A stretch of 32,000 nucleotides of DNA. It comes from Deinococcus radiodurans R1 = ATCC 13939 = DSM 20539 (GTDB lineage Bacteria; Deinococcota; Deinococci; Deinococcales; Deinococcaceae). This document shows, one piece after another, positions 1 through 7,744 of this stretch. Both the position numbers and the translations under genes were made by a program. How positions within the stretch are numbered: position 1 is the stretch's first letter; each line of letters begins with the position of its first letter. The stretch covers positions 1 to 32,000 of the forward strand of contig NC_000958.1 of assembly GCF_000008565.1 (NCBI RefSeq). The letters run 5' to 3'. The notes beneath the pieces are model-generated. The model made no database searches. It saw only the letters and a program-made list of their open reading frames with translations, and was not told the origin of the DNA.

Positions 1-352
1 ATTTTGACCCCAAATCCCGCAAAGGTGTCGCTATTTTGACCCCAAATCCCGCAAAGGTGTCGCTAAGAACGGCTAGAGTCACCGAAATATCACTTCTTGG
101 CCTTTTGCACGTTGCCATCGGCCTTTTTCCGTTTCCCGCAAAGGTGTCGCTATTATGCAGGTGGCTGAATAACGCAAAGGTGTCGCTATTTTGACCCCAA
201 ATCCCGCAAAGGTGTCGCTATTCCTGAGAATGGAAAATTTGCCGTCTACAAAGAGAATTTTCTGATGGCTCATACTTTTCCCGCAAAGGTGTCGCTAGCT
301 CGCCTTTTGATTTTCACTTTGTCAGTAAAGTTATACCGCAAAGGTATCGCTA
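1..352 (+). repeat. Array of 7 same-orientation iteron-like direct repeats (core CCGCAAAGGTGTCGCTA) upstream of parAB; candidate centromere and/or replication-origin iterons
   Basis: Core copies at 16-33, 48-65, 135-152, 172-188 (first core base differs), 203-220, 280-297 and 335-352 (GGTATCGCT variant). Three copies carry a longer 32 bp form, ATTTTGACCCCAAATCCCGCAAAGGTGTCGCT, at 1-32, 33-64 and 188-219. The array runs into the window edge, so it may be longer. Confidence 0.85.
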
Positions 353-485
353 CTTGTAGGGATGTTTTGGGGAAGTAAGCAACCCCTATGGTCTGCAACT
401 CGTGCTTGTAAAATTCACCAACCTTTTGATTGGTTGAGCGCCTGCTGCGGAGTAGAGCCCCAGTTGGGGGCTGATGAGTTCCCAT

Positions 486-503
486 GTTCGTACATATACG
501 AAC
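486..503. promoter_or_regulatory. Palindrome GTTCGTA-CATA-TACGAAC just upstream of the likely parA start; candidate par operator
   Basis: 7 bp arms with a 4 nt centre, 17 nt upstream of the ATG at 520. Its role as an operator is inferred from position only. Confidence 0.3.
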
Positions 504-519
504 GCTTACACTGAGACAT

Positions 520-1296
520 ATGACGACCATCTTGACGGTTTTTACCCACGCGGGTGGAGCTGGGAAAACATCGATTGCAGGGAACATTGCACACGAATTC
601 GCCCAGCGTGGACAACACGTGTTACTGATAGATGGTGATCCACAAAGCAACCTCACCACCAACATGGGCGTTCAAGACGCGGAGTTGCATGAAACTCTGT
701 TCGATGTGCTGAGCGGTGACGCGCCTCTTCCTGCTCCCCGGCATGTCCACGGCTTTGACCTCATTCCCGCTGTGATTGATCTGGCAGAAGTCGAGCCGAG
801 CATTCCTGGTCGGGTTGGTGGCATCCTTGCGCTGCGTGACGCCCTTCAAAAAGAGAGTGGCCGCTGGGACACTGTAATTATTGACAGTCCCCCTTCTCTC
901 GGGCAGTTGGCCGCAGCCTGCGCTTTGGCTGCAGACGCCCTGGTGGTACCGATCATGACCCGGAGCAAGGGCCTGAACGCTTTGCGGGGTCTGAACCGTG
1001 TCATGCCCCAGTACCATCGTCTTCGACCTGATTTGCACGTCGCTGCCTACGTGCCGACCATGTGCAAGAGCAACCGCAAAGAGGACAGTGAACTCCTGGG
1101 CATCGTGCGTGAGGATCTGCCCCACGTGACTTCGCCGATCGTCGAGCGTGGAGCGGTCTGGAACGGTGCTGCAGAGAAGGGTCTGCCGGTCACTGTGTTT
1201 GCCCCCCGTTCAAAAGAGGCAGAGGAAATCAGGAAAATCACGAGTGATTTGGTGGAGTTTCTGCAGCGCAACGCACCTGAGCGAGGTGAACGATGA
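520..1296 (+). CDS. parA: ParA/Soj-family partition ATPase (small, type Ib-like)
   Basis: MTTILTVFTHAGGAGKTS P-loop, DGDPQ, IIDSPPSLG Walker B-like motif. ATGA overlap with the downstream parB. Start chosen at ATG 520 (about 8 aa before the P-loop) rather than the track start at 484, which would put the palindrome inside the coding sequence. Confidence 0.9.
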   Translation: MTTILTVFTHAGGAGKTSIAGNIAHEFAQRGQHVLLIDGDPQSNLTTNMGVQDAELHETLFDVLSGDAPLPAPRHVHGFDLIPAVIDLAEVEPSIPGRVGGILALRDALQKESGRWDTVIIDSPPSLGQLAAACALAADALVVPIMTRSKGLNALRGLNRVMPQYHRLRPDLHVAAYVPTMCKSNRKEDSELLGIVREDLPHVTSPIVERGAVWNGAAEKGLPVTVFAPRSKEAEEIRKITSDLVEFLQRNAPERGER

Positions 1297-2168
1297 CCCG
1301 GCGCGAGGGCTTGGCGGCGCTCCTCGGTGAGAGCGCCAAACTAGCGCAGGGACCGGTAGTGGGCCACACCAGCACATTGCGTGTGGATCAGCTGCGGGCA
1401 GGGTCGCAGCAGCCCCGACGCCAGTTCGGTACTGAAGGTCTGACAGAGTTGGCCGCATCAATTCAGTCTCAAGGAATCTTGCAGCCCCTGCTGGTTCGTG
1501 CTGTGGGGGACACCTATGAGATCGTCGCAGGTGAGCGGCGCTGGAGAGCCGCGCAACTCGCGGGGCTGACTGAAGTGCCTGTGATCGTCAAATCACTGAC
1601 AGATCAAGAAGCAGCAGTCATTGCCCTAATCGAAAACTTGCAGCGTGAAAACCTGAACCTCATTGACGAGGTGGAAGGTAAGCTGCTCTTGGTCGCCAAT
1701 GCACTTGGCATAGCCTCAGAGCAGGCCCGTTCCCGGCTCAACGAGTTGCTTCGCAATCCGGTCCCAGAAGACGTAGAGACGTTGAGTGCAGTCTTCTTAC
1801 CTCTGGGCCGGGAAAGCTGGCAATCATTCGCCAAGAACAAGGTCAGAATTCTGAACTATCCTCCGCCACTGGTTGAAGCGCTACGTCAGGGTATGGCCCT
1901 CACGATGGCCACCTTGATCGCTCGGGCGCCTGAGAATAAGCAGGCTGATCTCATTGCCAAAGTGCAGCAAGGAGCAGGTCGCAAAGAAATCGTGGCTGAA
2001 GTTGAGCGACTCTGCCACAGGCCAACGGTCCGCTTGGAGAAGCGAGTTGCGCAGGCACTCGGAAACCAAAAGTGGCTGGACCGGCTGGACCCACAAGATG
2101 CCGAGGCGATGCAGCATTGGCTGAGCCAGATGCCACGGGCGCTTCAGCAAGAGATTGGCGACAACTAA
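1293..2168 (+). CDS. parB: ParB partition protein (ParB/Srx N-terminal domain plus HTH)
   Basis: GILQPLLVR, YEIVAGERRWRAAQLAGL (GERRxRA arginine patch) and ALIENLQRENLN motifs. Translationally coupled to parA. Confidence 0.92.
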   Translation: MTRREGLAALLGESAKLAQGPVVGHTSTLRVDQLRAGSQQPRRQFGTEGLTELAASIQSQGILQPLLVRAVGDTYEIVAGERRWRAAQLAGLTEVPVIVKSLTDQEAAVIALIENLQRENLNLIDEVEGKLLLVANALGIASEQARSRLNELLRNPVPEDVETLSAVFLPLGRESWQSFAKNKVRILNYPPPLVEALRQGMALTMATLIARAPENKQADLIAKVQQGAGRKEIVAEVERLCHRPTVRLEKRVAQALGNQKWLDRLDPQDAEAMQHWLSQMPRALQQEIGDN

Positions 2169-2327
2169 CGCAGAGCTGTAAAACTCTAAGAAGCTGGTAA
2201 AACTTTGCAACCGACTTGATGTGGGTCTGAACTATGCTCTACCGAGTAGGTGGTCAAGAGCACCCACACTGTCCAGCCTTGAGCCTCGCACGGCGTACTC
2301 AGGTCGTCATGTAGCTCTGTAGTTTAA

Positions 2328-2427
2328 ATAAGAAAATTACAAATTAAGGGGATTGCTCAGGGTTTTCGTCTCAGAACATGTTGTCCCTGAATGAAGTCGG
2401 AGGAGGCGAATGGGTTCAATTAGGAAC
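2328..2427 (+). repeat. Copy 1 of a diverged ~100 bp noncoding repeat
   Basis: ATAAGAAAATTACAAATTAAGGGGAT...GTTGTCCCTGAATGAAG...TTCAATTAGGAAC aligns at roughly 70 percent identity (by eye) with 2727-2957 once a 132 bp insertion is removed from the second copy. Confidence 0.6.
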
Positions 2428-2726
2428 GCCAACTGCATCTGATCTGAGACTAGGGACAGGGCAAAGGGGCGACGTGTCGTAGCGCGACCTATAGTCGCTG
2501 TGCAGTTTGTGGGTCGGTTCGGATGTTTGCTGCGGCCCCTTGCTCAACGGCTTAGTGCTGTCCGTGTGTAGTGACGGCATTAGGGCTTGCGTCTGTGGTC
2601 GATGGTGAGGTTGGGGAGGAATTATCGGACCAGGATAAGTGATGGTGGAGGCTGGTGCCGCACCTGCTCAGCAGGCTGTGCAACCCCGTCGCCAGCGGGT
2701 TGAGGGGGCCACTCTCTCAAAACCCA

Positions 2727-2957
2727 ATAAGAAGAATACAAATTAGGGGGATCATCCAGATATTCCGTCTTGCACGTACGGCGGTCGAACCCTTCGGTTT
2801 TGGTTGTAATTCGAACGGAGTGAGAAGCGGCCCAGGCAGATTTGGGAGATGATCCCGCATGAGGTGCAGGCCCGGATGTAGAGAATCGGACGCGATCCGT
2901 CTTAGGAGAGTTGTTCCTGAACGAAGCGGGAAGAGTCGCCTGGAGTCAATTCCAGGC
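2727..2957 (+). repeat. Copy 2 of the ~100 bp repeat, interrupted by a 132 bp insertion flanked by 8 bp direct repeats TCCGTCTT
   Basis: ATAAGAAGAATACAAATTAGGGGGAT...TCCGTCTT (2764-2771) [insert] TCCGTCTT (2896-2903) AGGAGAGTTGTTCCTGAACGAAG...GTCAATTCCAGG. The insert contains GGGATCATC (about 2748-2756) paired with GATGATCCC (about 2848-2856). Confidence 0.55.
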
Positions 2958-3021
2958 TTGGCTGTAGGCTTTCGGGCGTACCTGAGTACCTGCACCTGTT
3001 CACAAAATGGTGAAGCTGCGC

Positions 3022-4515
3022 CTAGTGCTGGGACGACGCACACGGGTCACGAAGATGAATAAGGTGGAAGTGGTGAAGCGAGTGGTTCAGGCCTTGGACC
3101 AACGCTTTGGAAACAGGCTCTCCTCTCAAAATGAAGAAGACATCGTCGCAAAGTTCAGTCATTTGTTCAGCAGGTAACACGTTCACTTGAGCGCTGAGTC
3201 TGCGACTGATCATCACGCCCAGAGCGCGGTAAGGTTCTTCAGGCAGATCGAAAGGAGGAGCGGGCAACCCAGCTGCCTTGAGCAGAGCGCCCGTGCTCTC
3301 CTGCCTCAGGAACGTCTCTTCGTCATTGAGAAAGAGAGAGTACTCCTGACTCTCCTCCCGGGAACGGCGCAGGTTCCACGCTTCGTCAAAGTGGTAGCCC
3401 CGTTCATCCCGAGGCAATAAATTCGCGAGGGGATGACCGCCTTGAGGTCCAGAGATACCGCACCAGAACCGGAGGTGGGCTTCAATCGCAGCATTGGCGC
3501 GTTGTGCTTCAGGTGCCCAGTCCGGGAAGGCCTCAGTGAGGGCTGTTTTGACGCTCTCTTCGGTGTGGAGAACAGTCACTTGCCGATTCTTCTCAAGAGC
3601 AGCTTGTATGGGCCGGGTAAGGATTTTCCTCCACTCGGCGGCAGTCTGAGCGGCGTTCAGGAGGGTGAGGGTAAAGGCGTCCTGATCTGTGGCAGGGCGG
3701 GAGCGGATGTCCTGTTCTGCCTGTCGCTCATCACAGATTGAGTCCGCTTTCTCGAACTGATTGAGGAGCGCACGCAGCTCTGGGTGAGGCTGTACCGCCT
3801 TGGGGAGGGCGACTGACTCTAAGCGAGGCTGCCACTGCATGTGCGCACCCAACCAGTAACCGCCATTTGAGGAAATGATGAGACGGGGAAGAGGCCAGCT
3901 GCTTGGGGCCTGAGTCAGGGCTGCAAACAGGAACTGCTGTTCAGGACTAAGAAGGTGATAGTCCAGAATGGCTATCAGATCGATACCGGCCTTTACGCGC
4001 AGGGGCGAGGTGCCCACCTTGGGGTTCAGGCAAGTGGCAGCCTTCAGGAGAGTGGGATCACAGAGGTCAGTAATCCATTCCGGGTGACGCAGCAGATTCT
4101 GTAGGTCTTGCAAGAGGTCTTTGATGGGGACCTTATGTTCCGGTTGCAGGGCCAACTTCACCCGTTTGGCAAGTTCCCGATGCTCGAAGTAGAACTGAGC
4201 CTTCCCCGACCACTGGCCTGTCCGGGCCTTCTCTATTTTAAAGCTGTTGAGGAGTTCCCTGGTCTGCTGCACAGTGCCGAGGCCTTTGAAAGTGAGGTCG
4301 TTAAGAAACCTCTTGGCGGTCTTGACGAGGTAGGGGAGTTGCTGCCGGTGTAGGTCAACTTGTAAACGGCTGACTTGGGACTCGTCAGGACTCAGGACAA
4401 GGACACGGTATTGACTGATATTCGTGAGTGCAGCTGTCTCCTGTGTAAGGTGCAGAAGGCCAGCCCGCCGAGCCGTCGCTGTCCCGGTCTGTAGCCAAAG
4501 GGCAGGCTCAGTCAT
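3022..4515 (-). CDS. Hypothetical 497 aa protein, translationally coupled to the upstream ISL3-like ORF; possible degenerate SF1-helicase-like fold
   Basis: Long ORF with protein-like composition. ATGACTGA 8 nt overlap with the preceding ORF. No P-loop. Weak SF1-like remnants: YRVLVLSPDE, and AILDYHLLSPEQQ where DExQD would sit. Confidence 0.7.
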   Translation of the reverse strand: MTEPALWLQTGTATARRAGLLHLTQETAALTNISQYRVLVLSPDESQVSRLQVDLHRQQLPYLVKTAKRFLNDLTFKGLGTVQQTRELLNSFKIEKARTGQWSGKAQFYFEHRELAKRVKLALQPEHKVPIKDLLQDLQNLLRHPEWITDLCDPTLLKAATCLNPKVGTSPLRVKAGIDLIAILDYHLLSPEQQFLFAALTQAPSSWPLPRLIISSNGGYWLGAHMQWQPRLESVALPKAVQPHPELRALLNQFEKADSICDERQAEQDIRSRPATDQDAFTLTLLNAAQTAAEWRKILTRPIQAALEKNRQVTVLHTEESVKTALTEAFPDWAPEAQRANAAIEAHLRFWCGISGPQGGHPLANLLPRDERGYHFDEAWNLRRSREESQEYSLFLNDEETFLRQESTGALLKAAGLPAPPFDLPEEPYRALGVMISRRLSAQVNVLPAEQMTELCDDVFFILRGEPVSKALVQGLNHSLHHFHLIHLRDPCASSQH

Positions 4516-6316
4516 GAGGCTTCCACTGCTGGGTCGCCCGAAGTAGGCGTTGCCAGTCTGCGGTCAATTCGCCCCGGGCCTGATAGGCGCTCATTGCAGA
4601 AAGTCGCTGCATCTTCCGCCGAACAGAAGTTAAGTTCAGCACCTGTCGTTGAGCAGGCTTCTGTTGTTTGGCCTTCTCTTTTTTCTGGCCAGGCGACTTT
4701 GGGAGCTTGGGCACTTGTCTCTTGACTGGATGTGGACTGAGGCGAGCTCCCGTCACAATGGCTTGCCGGGTCCGGCTGCCTGGAGCAAGGTGGTCCAGAA
4801 GAGGGTGCAAGGCCTGATAAGCACGGTTCAGGCCAGCCTGATCGGCTGCGGTGGTGGTCTGCAGACGCTGTCTGTATTCCGCTTCAGTGTCGGCCAGCCA
4901 ACGGTCGAGGTCGGCATCTGTGGTCGGCATAGGGCGGTCAAACAGCAGGCGCAAAGAGTCTGTTCTGCCCAGTCCGAAACCCACCATCGGATACGTCTCC
5001 ATCAAGTGGTCGCGCAGGTCATACAGGCGGTGACGTTCCGGATCCATACGGTCGAGCAGGCGCCAATGGTCACCGTGAGGATGATGTATGAACAGGCTGC
5101 GGTATTTCCGCATGATGGGGGCCCGCCCCACGCCGGGGTTCAGGGTGGCGCTGAAAGCCTGCTGCAGTCTGGTTGCCGCCCGTTTTATAAGTTGACTGGT
5201 ACTGAAGGGATCAAGAACGAAGGTCACCTCAGGACATCGTGCGGCCGAAGACGGAATCCATGAGGGGTCGTTGACCCATACCTGCTTGACTTTCCCAGCT
5301 GCTGGACTTTCGAGAAAAGACAGCAACTCCTGCGTTGTTACGTCCTGCCGCAGGTCAGAGTGGGCTAGCAGGGTCACCGGCGCTGCCGTGGTTACGTCGA
5401 AGAGAGCGAGGCGGCGCTGACGACGCCACTTAAATGTCAGAGCTGCCAGGTTCTCAGGCAGTTGAGCAGGCACAGGCAAAGCGTTTTCCTGAAGCGTCTC
5501 TAGGATTTTTTTACTGACGCCGGTGGTGCGCCGAAGGGTACTGAAATTGAAGTCGCCACGCAGTTGCTCCTGAAGATACGTCAGCAGGCGCGGCGTCATC
5601 CCAGAGGTTCTTGGGAAGCTTTGCACGCTGGTCTGTGCACATTGTGGGCACAGGTAATGCCGTTCCTGATATTGAAGACGAACCCGCGCTCCTGACAGAG
5701 GCAGATCCCAGACCTGATGGTCAATGGCTTTTTGGAGATTTGGCTCTGATAGAAGCTCCCCGCATGAACAGACGGGCACTTCAGGAATGATCTGCGCCTC
5801 GAGCGTCACGACTGGTTCGGCAGGCACATTCAGCGCATAAAGTACACGTTCCCGGAAATCGCTGAAGAGTTCCTCCTCTCGCCAGTCGGCCTCATTTTTA
5901 CCTGCCCGGGGATTGCGCTGATGCATGTGCGTCAGTTGCCCCACCTTGCGGTTGAAGCGTTCCAAGCGACCAGTCGTCATTACAGGGCCACTGACTCCGT
6001 CTTCATCAAGGTATGAGCGTGCACCTTTAGCCAGAGCGTTGCTGATTTCAAACAGCCAGCCCTGCTCGTCTAGGAGATAGGTCAGACGCTTGAAGGGCTT
6101 CACTTCGCTTCCATGCTTTTCAGGCCAGTGTTCTACGGCTGCGCGCCAAGTCCGGTAATGATTGACCGCGACATGTTGAGATTCTCCAGCTGCCCACAAT
6201 TCATGGAAGTCAACTGCAAGTCCGATAAGGCTATCAACGGCCTCATTGGACTGCAGTTGAGAAGGCTCCCGCCTCAGTAGGTGACAACTTCGGTTCGACG
6301 TTGTCCCAGACGGCAA
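4508..6316 (-). CDS. ISL3-transposase-like protein with an N-terminal extension; 5' end interrupted by an IS (first 15 track codons are IS-encoded, TTG start)
   Basis: zf-ISL3-like VCSCGELL...VWDLPLSGARVRLQYQERHYLCPQCAQT. DDE-region analogues ALFDVTT, VWVNDPSW and VLDPFS (where DRFH would sit). ISL3-like distal region MRKYRSLF...LRLLFD...LDRWL. Basic KKEKAKQQK tail. The ORF is open for about 97 codons downstream of the IS junction (6272) without an ATG. Confidence 0.65.
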   Translation of the reverse strand: MPSGTTSNRSCHLLRREPSQLQSNEAVDSLIGLAVDFHELWAAGESQHVAVNHYRTWRAAVEHWPEKHGSEVKPFKRLTYLLDEQGWLFEISNALAKGARSYLDEDGVSGPVMTTGRLERFNRKVGQLTHMHQRNPRAGKNEADWREEELFSDFRERVLYALNVPAEPVVTLEAQIIPEVPVCSCGELLSEPNLQKAIDHQVWDLPLSGARVRLQYQERHYLCPQCAQTSVQSFPRTSGMTPRLLTYLQEQLRGDFNFSTLRRTTGVSKKILETLQENALPVPAQLPENLAALTFKWRRQRRLALFDVTTAAPVTLLAHSDLRQDVTTQELLSFLESPAAGKVKQVWVNDPSWIPSSAARCPEVTFVLDPFSTSQLIKRAATRLQQAFSATLNPGVGRAPIMRKYRSLFIHHPHGDHWRLLDRMDPERHRLYDLRDHLMETYPMVGFGLGRTDSLRLLFDRPMPTTDADLDRWLADTEAEYRQRLQTTTAADQAGLNRAYQALHPLLDHLAPGSRTRQAIVTGARLSPHPVKRQVPKLPKSPGQKKEKAKQQKPAQRQVLNLTSVRRKMQRLSAMSAYQARGELTADWQRLLRATQQWKPHD

Positions 6317-6359
6317 AAACCAACAGTCGGCCCCATCAAGCTTGATGGGGCCGACTGTT
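6312..6359 (-). terminator. Perfect 19 bp-arm palindrome inside the IS; followed by a T-run on the minus strand (intrinsic-terminator-like, pointing out of the IS left end)
   Basis: AACAGTCGGCCCCATCAAGCTTGATGGGGCCGACTGTT at 6322-6359. The minus strand continues GGTTTTTGCC (plus-strand GGCAAAAACC, 6312-6321). Confidence 0.55.
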
Positions 6360-6494
6360 CGCGGTTTCCTGAGAGTGTGAAATCAACAGAGGGGAGCTGC
6401 CCAGCAGGCTACCGCACTCACCGGGCACTTCAAAACGCATGCCAGTCACCTCCGCATCGATACACTCCAGCGCCTCATTGACGTCCTCCTGGCG

Positions 6495-7478
6495 ATGATT
6501 GCCGCGAGGAGCGTCAATCATCACGACCTGAGTGCCCATATGCCGGGGATGAGTACCCCGCAGGGCAAGAAGAGACGAGCAGACCGCACCTTCCGGGATG
6601 AGCAGCTGGACAGGGGCTTTTTCATCGCTCTGCTTGTCGTCCATCTTCCACCGGGGAAGGTTTTGCTAAGTCTGGACCGCACCAATTGGGAGCACGGGGA
6701 AACGCCCATCAACTTTCTGGTGCTTGGAGCCGTGGTTCACGGCTTCACCCTGCCGCTCATCTGGGTGCCTCTCGACCAGTCTGGGAACAGTCACACCTAC
6801 GCTCGAATGTGGCTGGTGTTGAAGCTCCTTCGGGCCTGGCCAGCGAAACGCTGGCTGGGTCTGGTGGCCGATCGGGAGTTCATCGGCGCGGAATGGTTCC
6901 GCTTTCTTCGTCGTCAGGGCATCAAGAGGGCAATTCGTATCCGACAGACCGACATGCTAGACGACATGAATGGGAAAGAGTGGTTTGAGCACGTCCAGCA
7001 CGGTCATTTTCACGAGATTGGCGAAAAGGTGTTCGTGTTCGGGGAGTTGATGCGGGTGGTCGCAACGAGGTCACCCACAGGTGACCTCGTCATCATCGCC
7101 ACAGATTTCAGTGCTCGGAAGACCTGGAGGCTCTACAAACAGCGCTGGTCGATAGAGTGCACCTTCAGCAGTTTCAAAAAGCGAGGCTTTGACTTAGAGC
7201 GAACCGGAATGACGGAAAGGAGCCGTCTACAGCGACTCTTCGGCCTGGTGACATTGGCTTGGATGTTCTGTTTGCGCCTGGGGGTCTGGCTGAGCCAGAC
7301 CTGGCCCATCCCCGTTCTGAAGCATGGTCGGAGAGCGGTCAGTCTGGTGCGGCACGGTGCTCAGCATCTCGTGGATGCCCTACGGTGGAAACCCCAACAG
7401 TTCATGGCGATCCTGGAGGTGTTCATCCAGGCTTTTTGCCCGCCAGGAGCGGCTGAAAGTGAAGTTGTCACCTACTGA
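6495..7478 (+). CDS. IS4-family DDE transposase
   Basis: LSLDRTNW, LVADREFIG and YKQRWSIECTFSSFKK (Y-2-R-3-E-6-K signature). The frame is open upstream to 6381 (NQQRGAAQQATALTGHFKTHASHLRIDTLQRLIDVLLA...), so the real start may lie upstream of ATG 6495 at a non-canonical codon. Confidence 0.9.
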   Translation: MIAARSVNHHDLSAHMPGMSTPQGKKRRADRTFRDEQLDRGFFIALLVVHLPPGKVLLSLDRTNWEHGETPINFLVLGAVVHGFTLPLIWVPLDQSGNSHTYARMWLVLKLLRAWPAKRWLGLVADREFIGAEWFRFLRRQGIKRAIRIRQTDMLDDMNGKEWFEHVQHGHFHEIGEKVFVFGELMRVVATRSPTGDLVIIATDFSARKTWRLYKQRWSIECTFSSFKKRGFDLERTGMTERSRLQRLFGLVTLAWMFCLRLGVWLSQTWPIPVLKHGRRAVSLVRHGAQHLVDALRWKPQQFMAILEVFIQAFCPPGAAESEVVTY

Positions 7479-7744
7479 GCTGGAAGCCATCCAACAAGTG
7501 TGTGTGAACGGGCAATTCAGTGCAGTCGATTTAACTCGTGAACTGACGGCTCGGAAGGCCAAGGGCGCAAATGCGGTCAAGGCTTACCTCGATTGGCTCA
7601 TGAACGAGGTCAGAGCGCTCCTTGAGCATTGAGGGGCAGAATTGAGCATGACTTTACCCCGGGATTCAGCGAAGTACTTGTGCCTCGCCAAGGGCTGGGA
7701 CCGCCTGATGTACTGCGAAAAAGAGCCCGGTGCCCGGGCAAGCA

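Larger units (their letters stand above)
6273..7479 (+). mobile_element. 1,207 bp IS4-family insertion sequence, copy 1
   Basis: 19 bp perfect terminal inverted repeats, CTCAGTAGGTGACAACTTC (6273-6291) and GAAGTTGTCACCTACTGAG (7461-7479). A near-identical inverted copy lies at 21675-22881. One DDE transposase ORF. Confidence 0.92.

Noticed and set aside
1-64. Tandem 32 bp repeats that could be mistaken for a CRISPR array
   Set aside because: The two units are directly adjacent with no spacers. Further copies are irregularly spaced and share only a 17 bp core. The position upstream of parAB fits iterons or centromere repeats.
6281-6481. 66 aa ORF in the IS leader (and its twin at 22673-22873)
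   Set aside because: It overlaps the palindrome and the open upstream extension of the transposase frame. The sequence is Pro/Arg/Cys-rich. The region is more likely the transposase N-terminus or a 5' UTR.
6265-7487. Target-site duplications for the 1,207 bp IS copies
   Set aside because: No direct repeat of 2-12 bp flanks copy 1 under any boundary choice I tried. Copy 2 shows only TGA/TGA if the IR is extended by 1 nt. A 3 bp match is too weak to call, so I report it as absent or uncertain.
7480-7632. Plus-strand reading ELEAIQQVCVNGQFSAVDLTRELTARKAKGANAVKAYLDWLMNEVRALLEH continuing out of the IS transposase frame
   Set aside because: It looks helical and protein-like. However, with the IS removed the frame hits a stop 4 codons upstream (6258-6260), and it has no ATG or Shine-Dalgarno; only GTG at 7498 or 7504 is available. 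I kept it as a caveat to the IS-disruption finding rather than calling it a gene.
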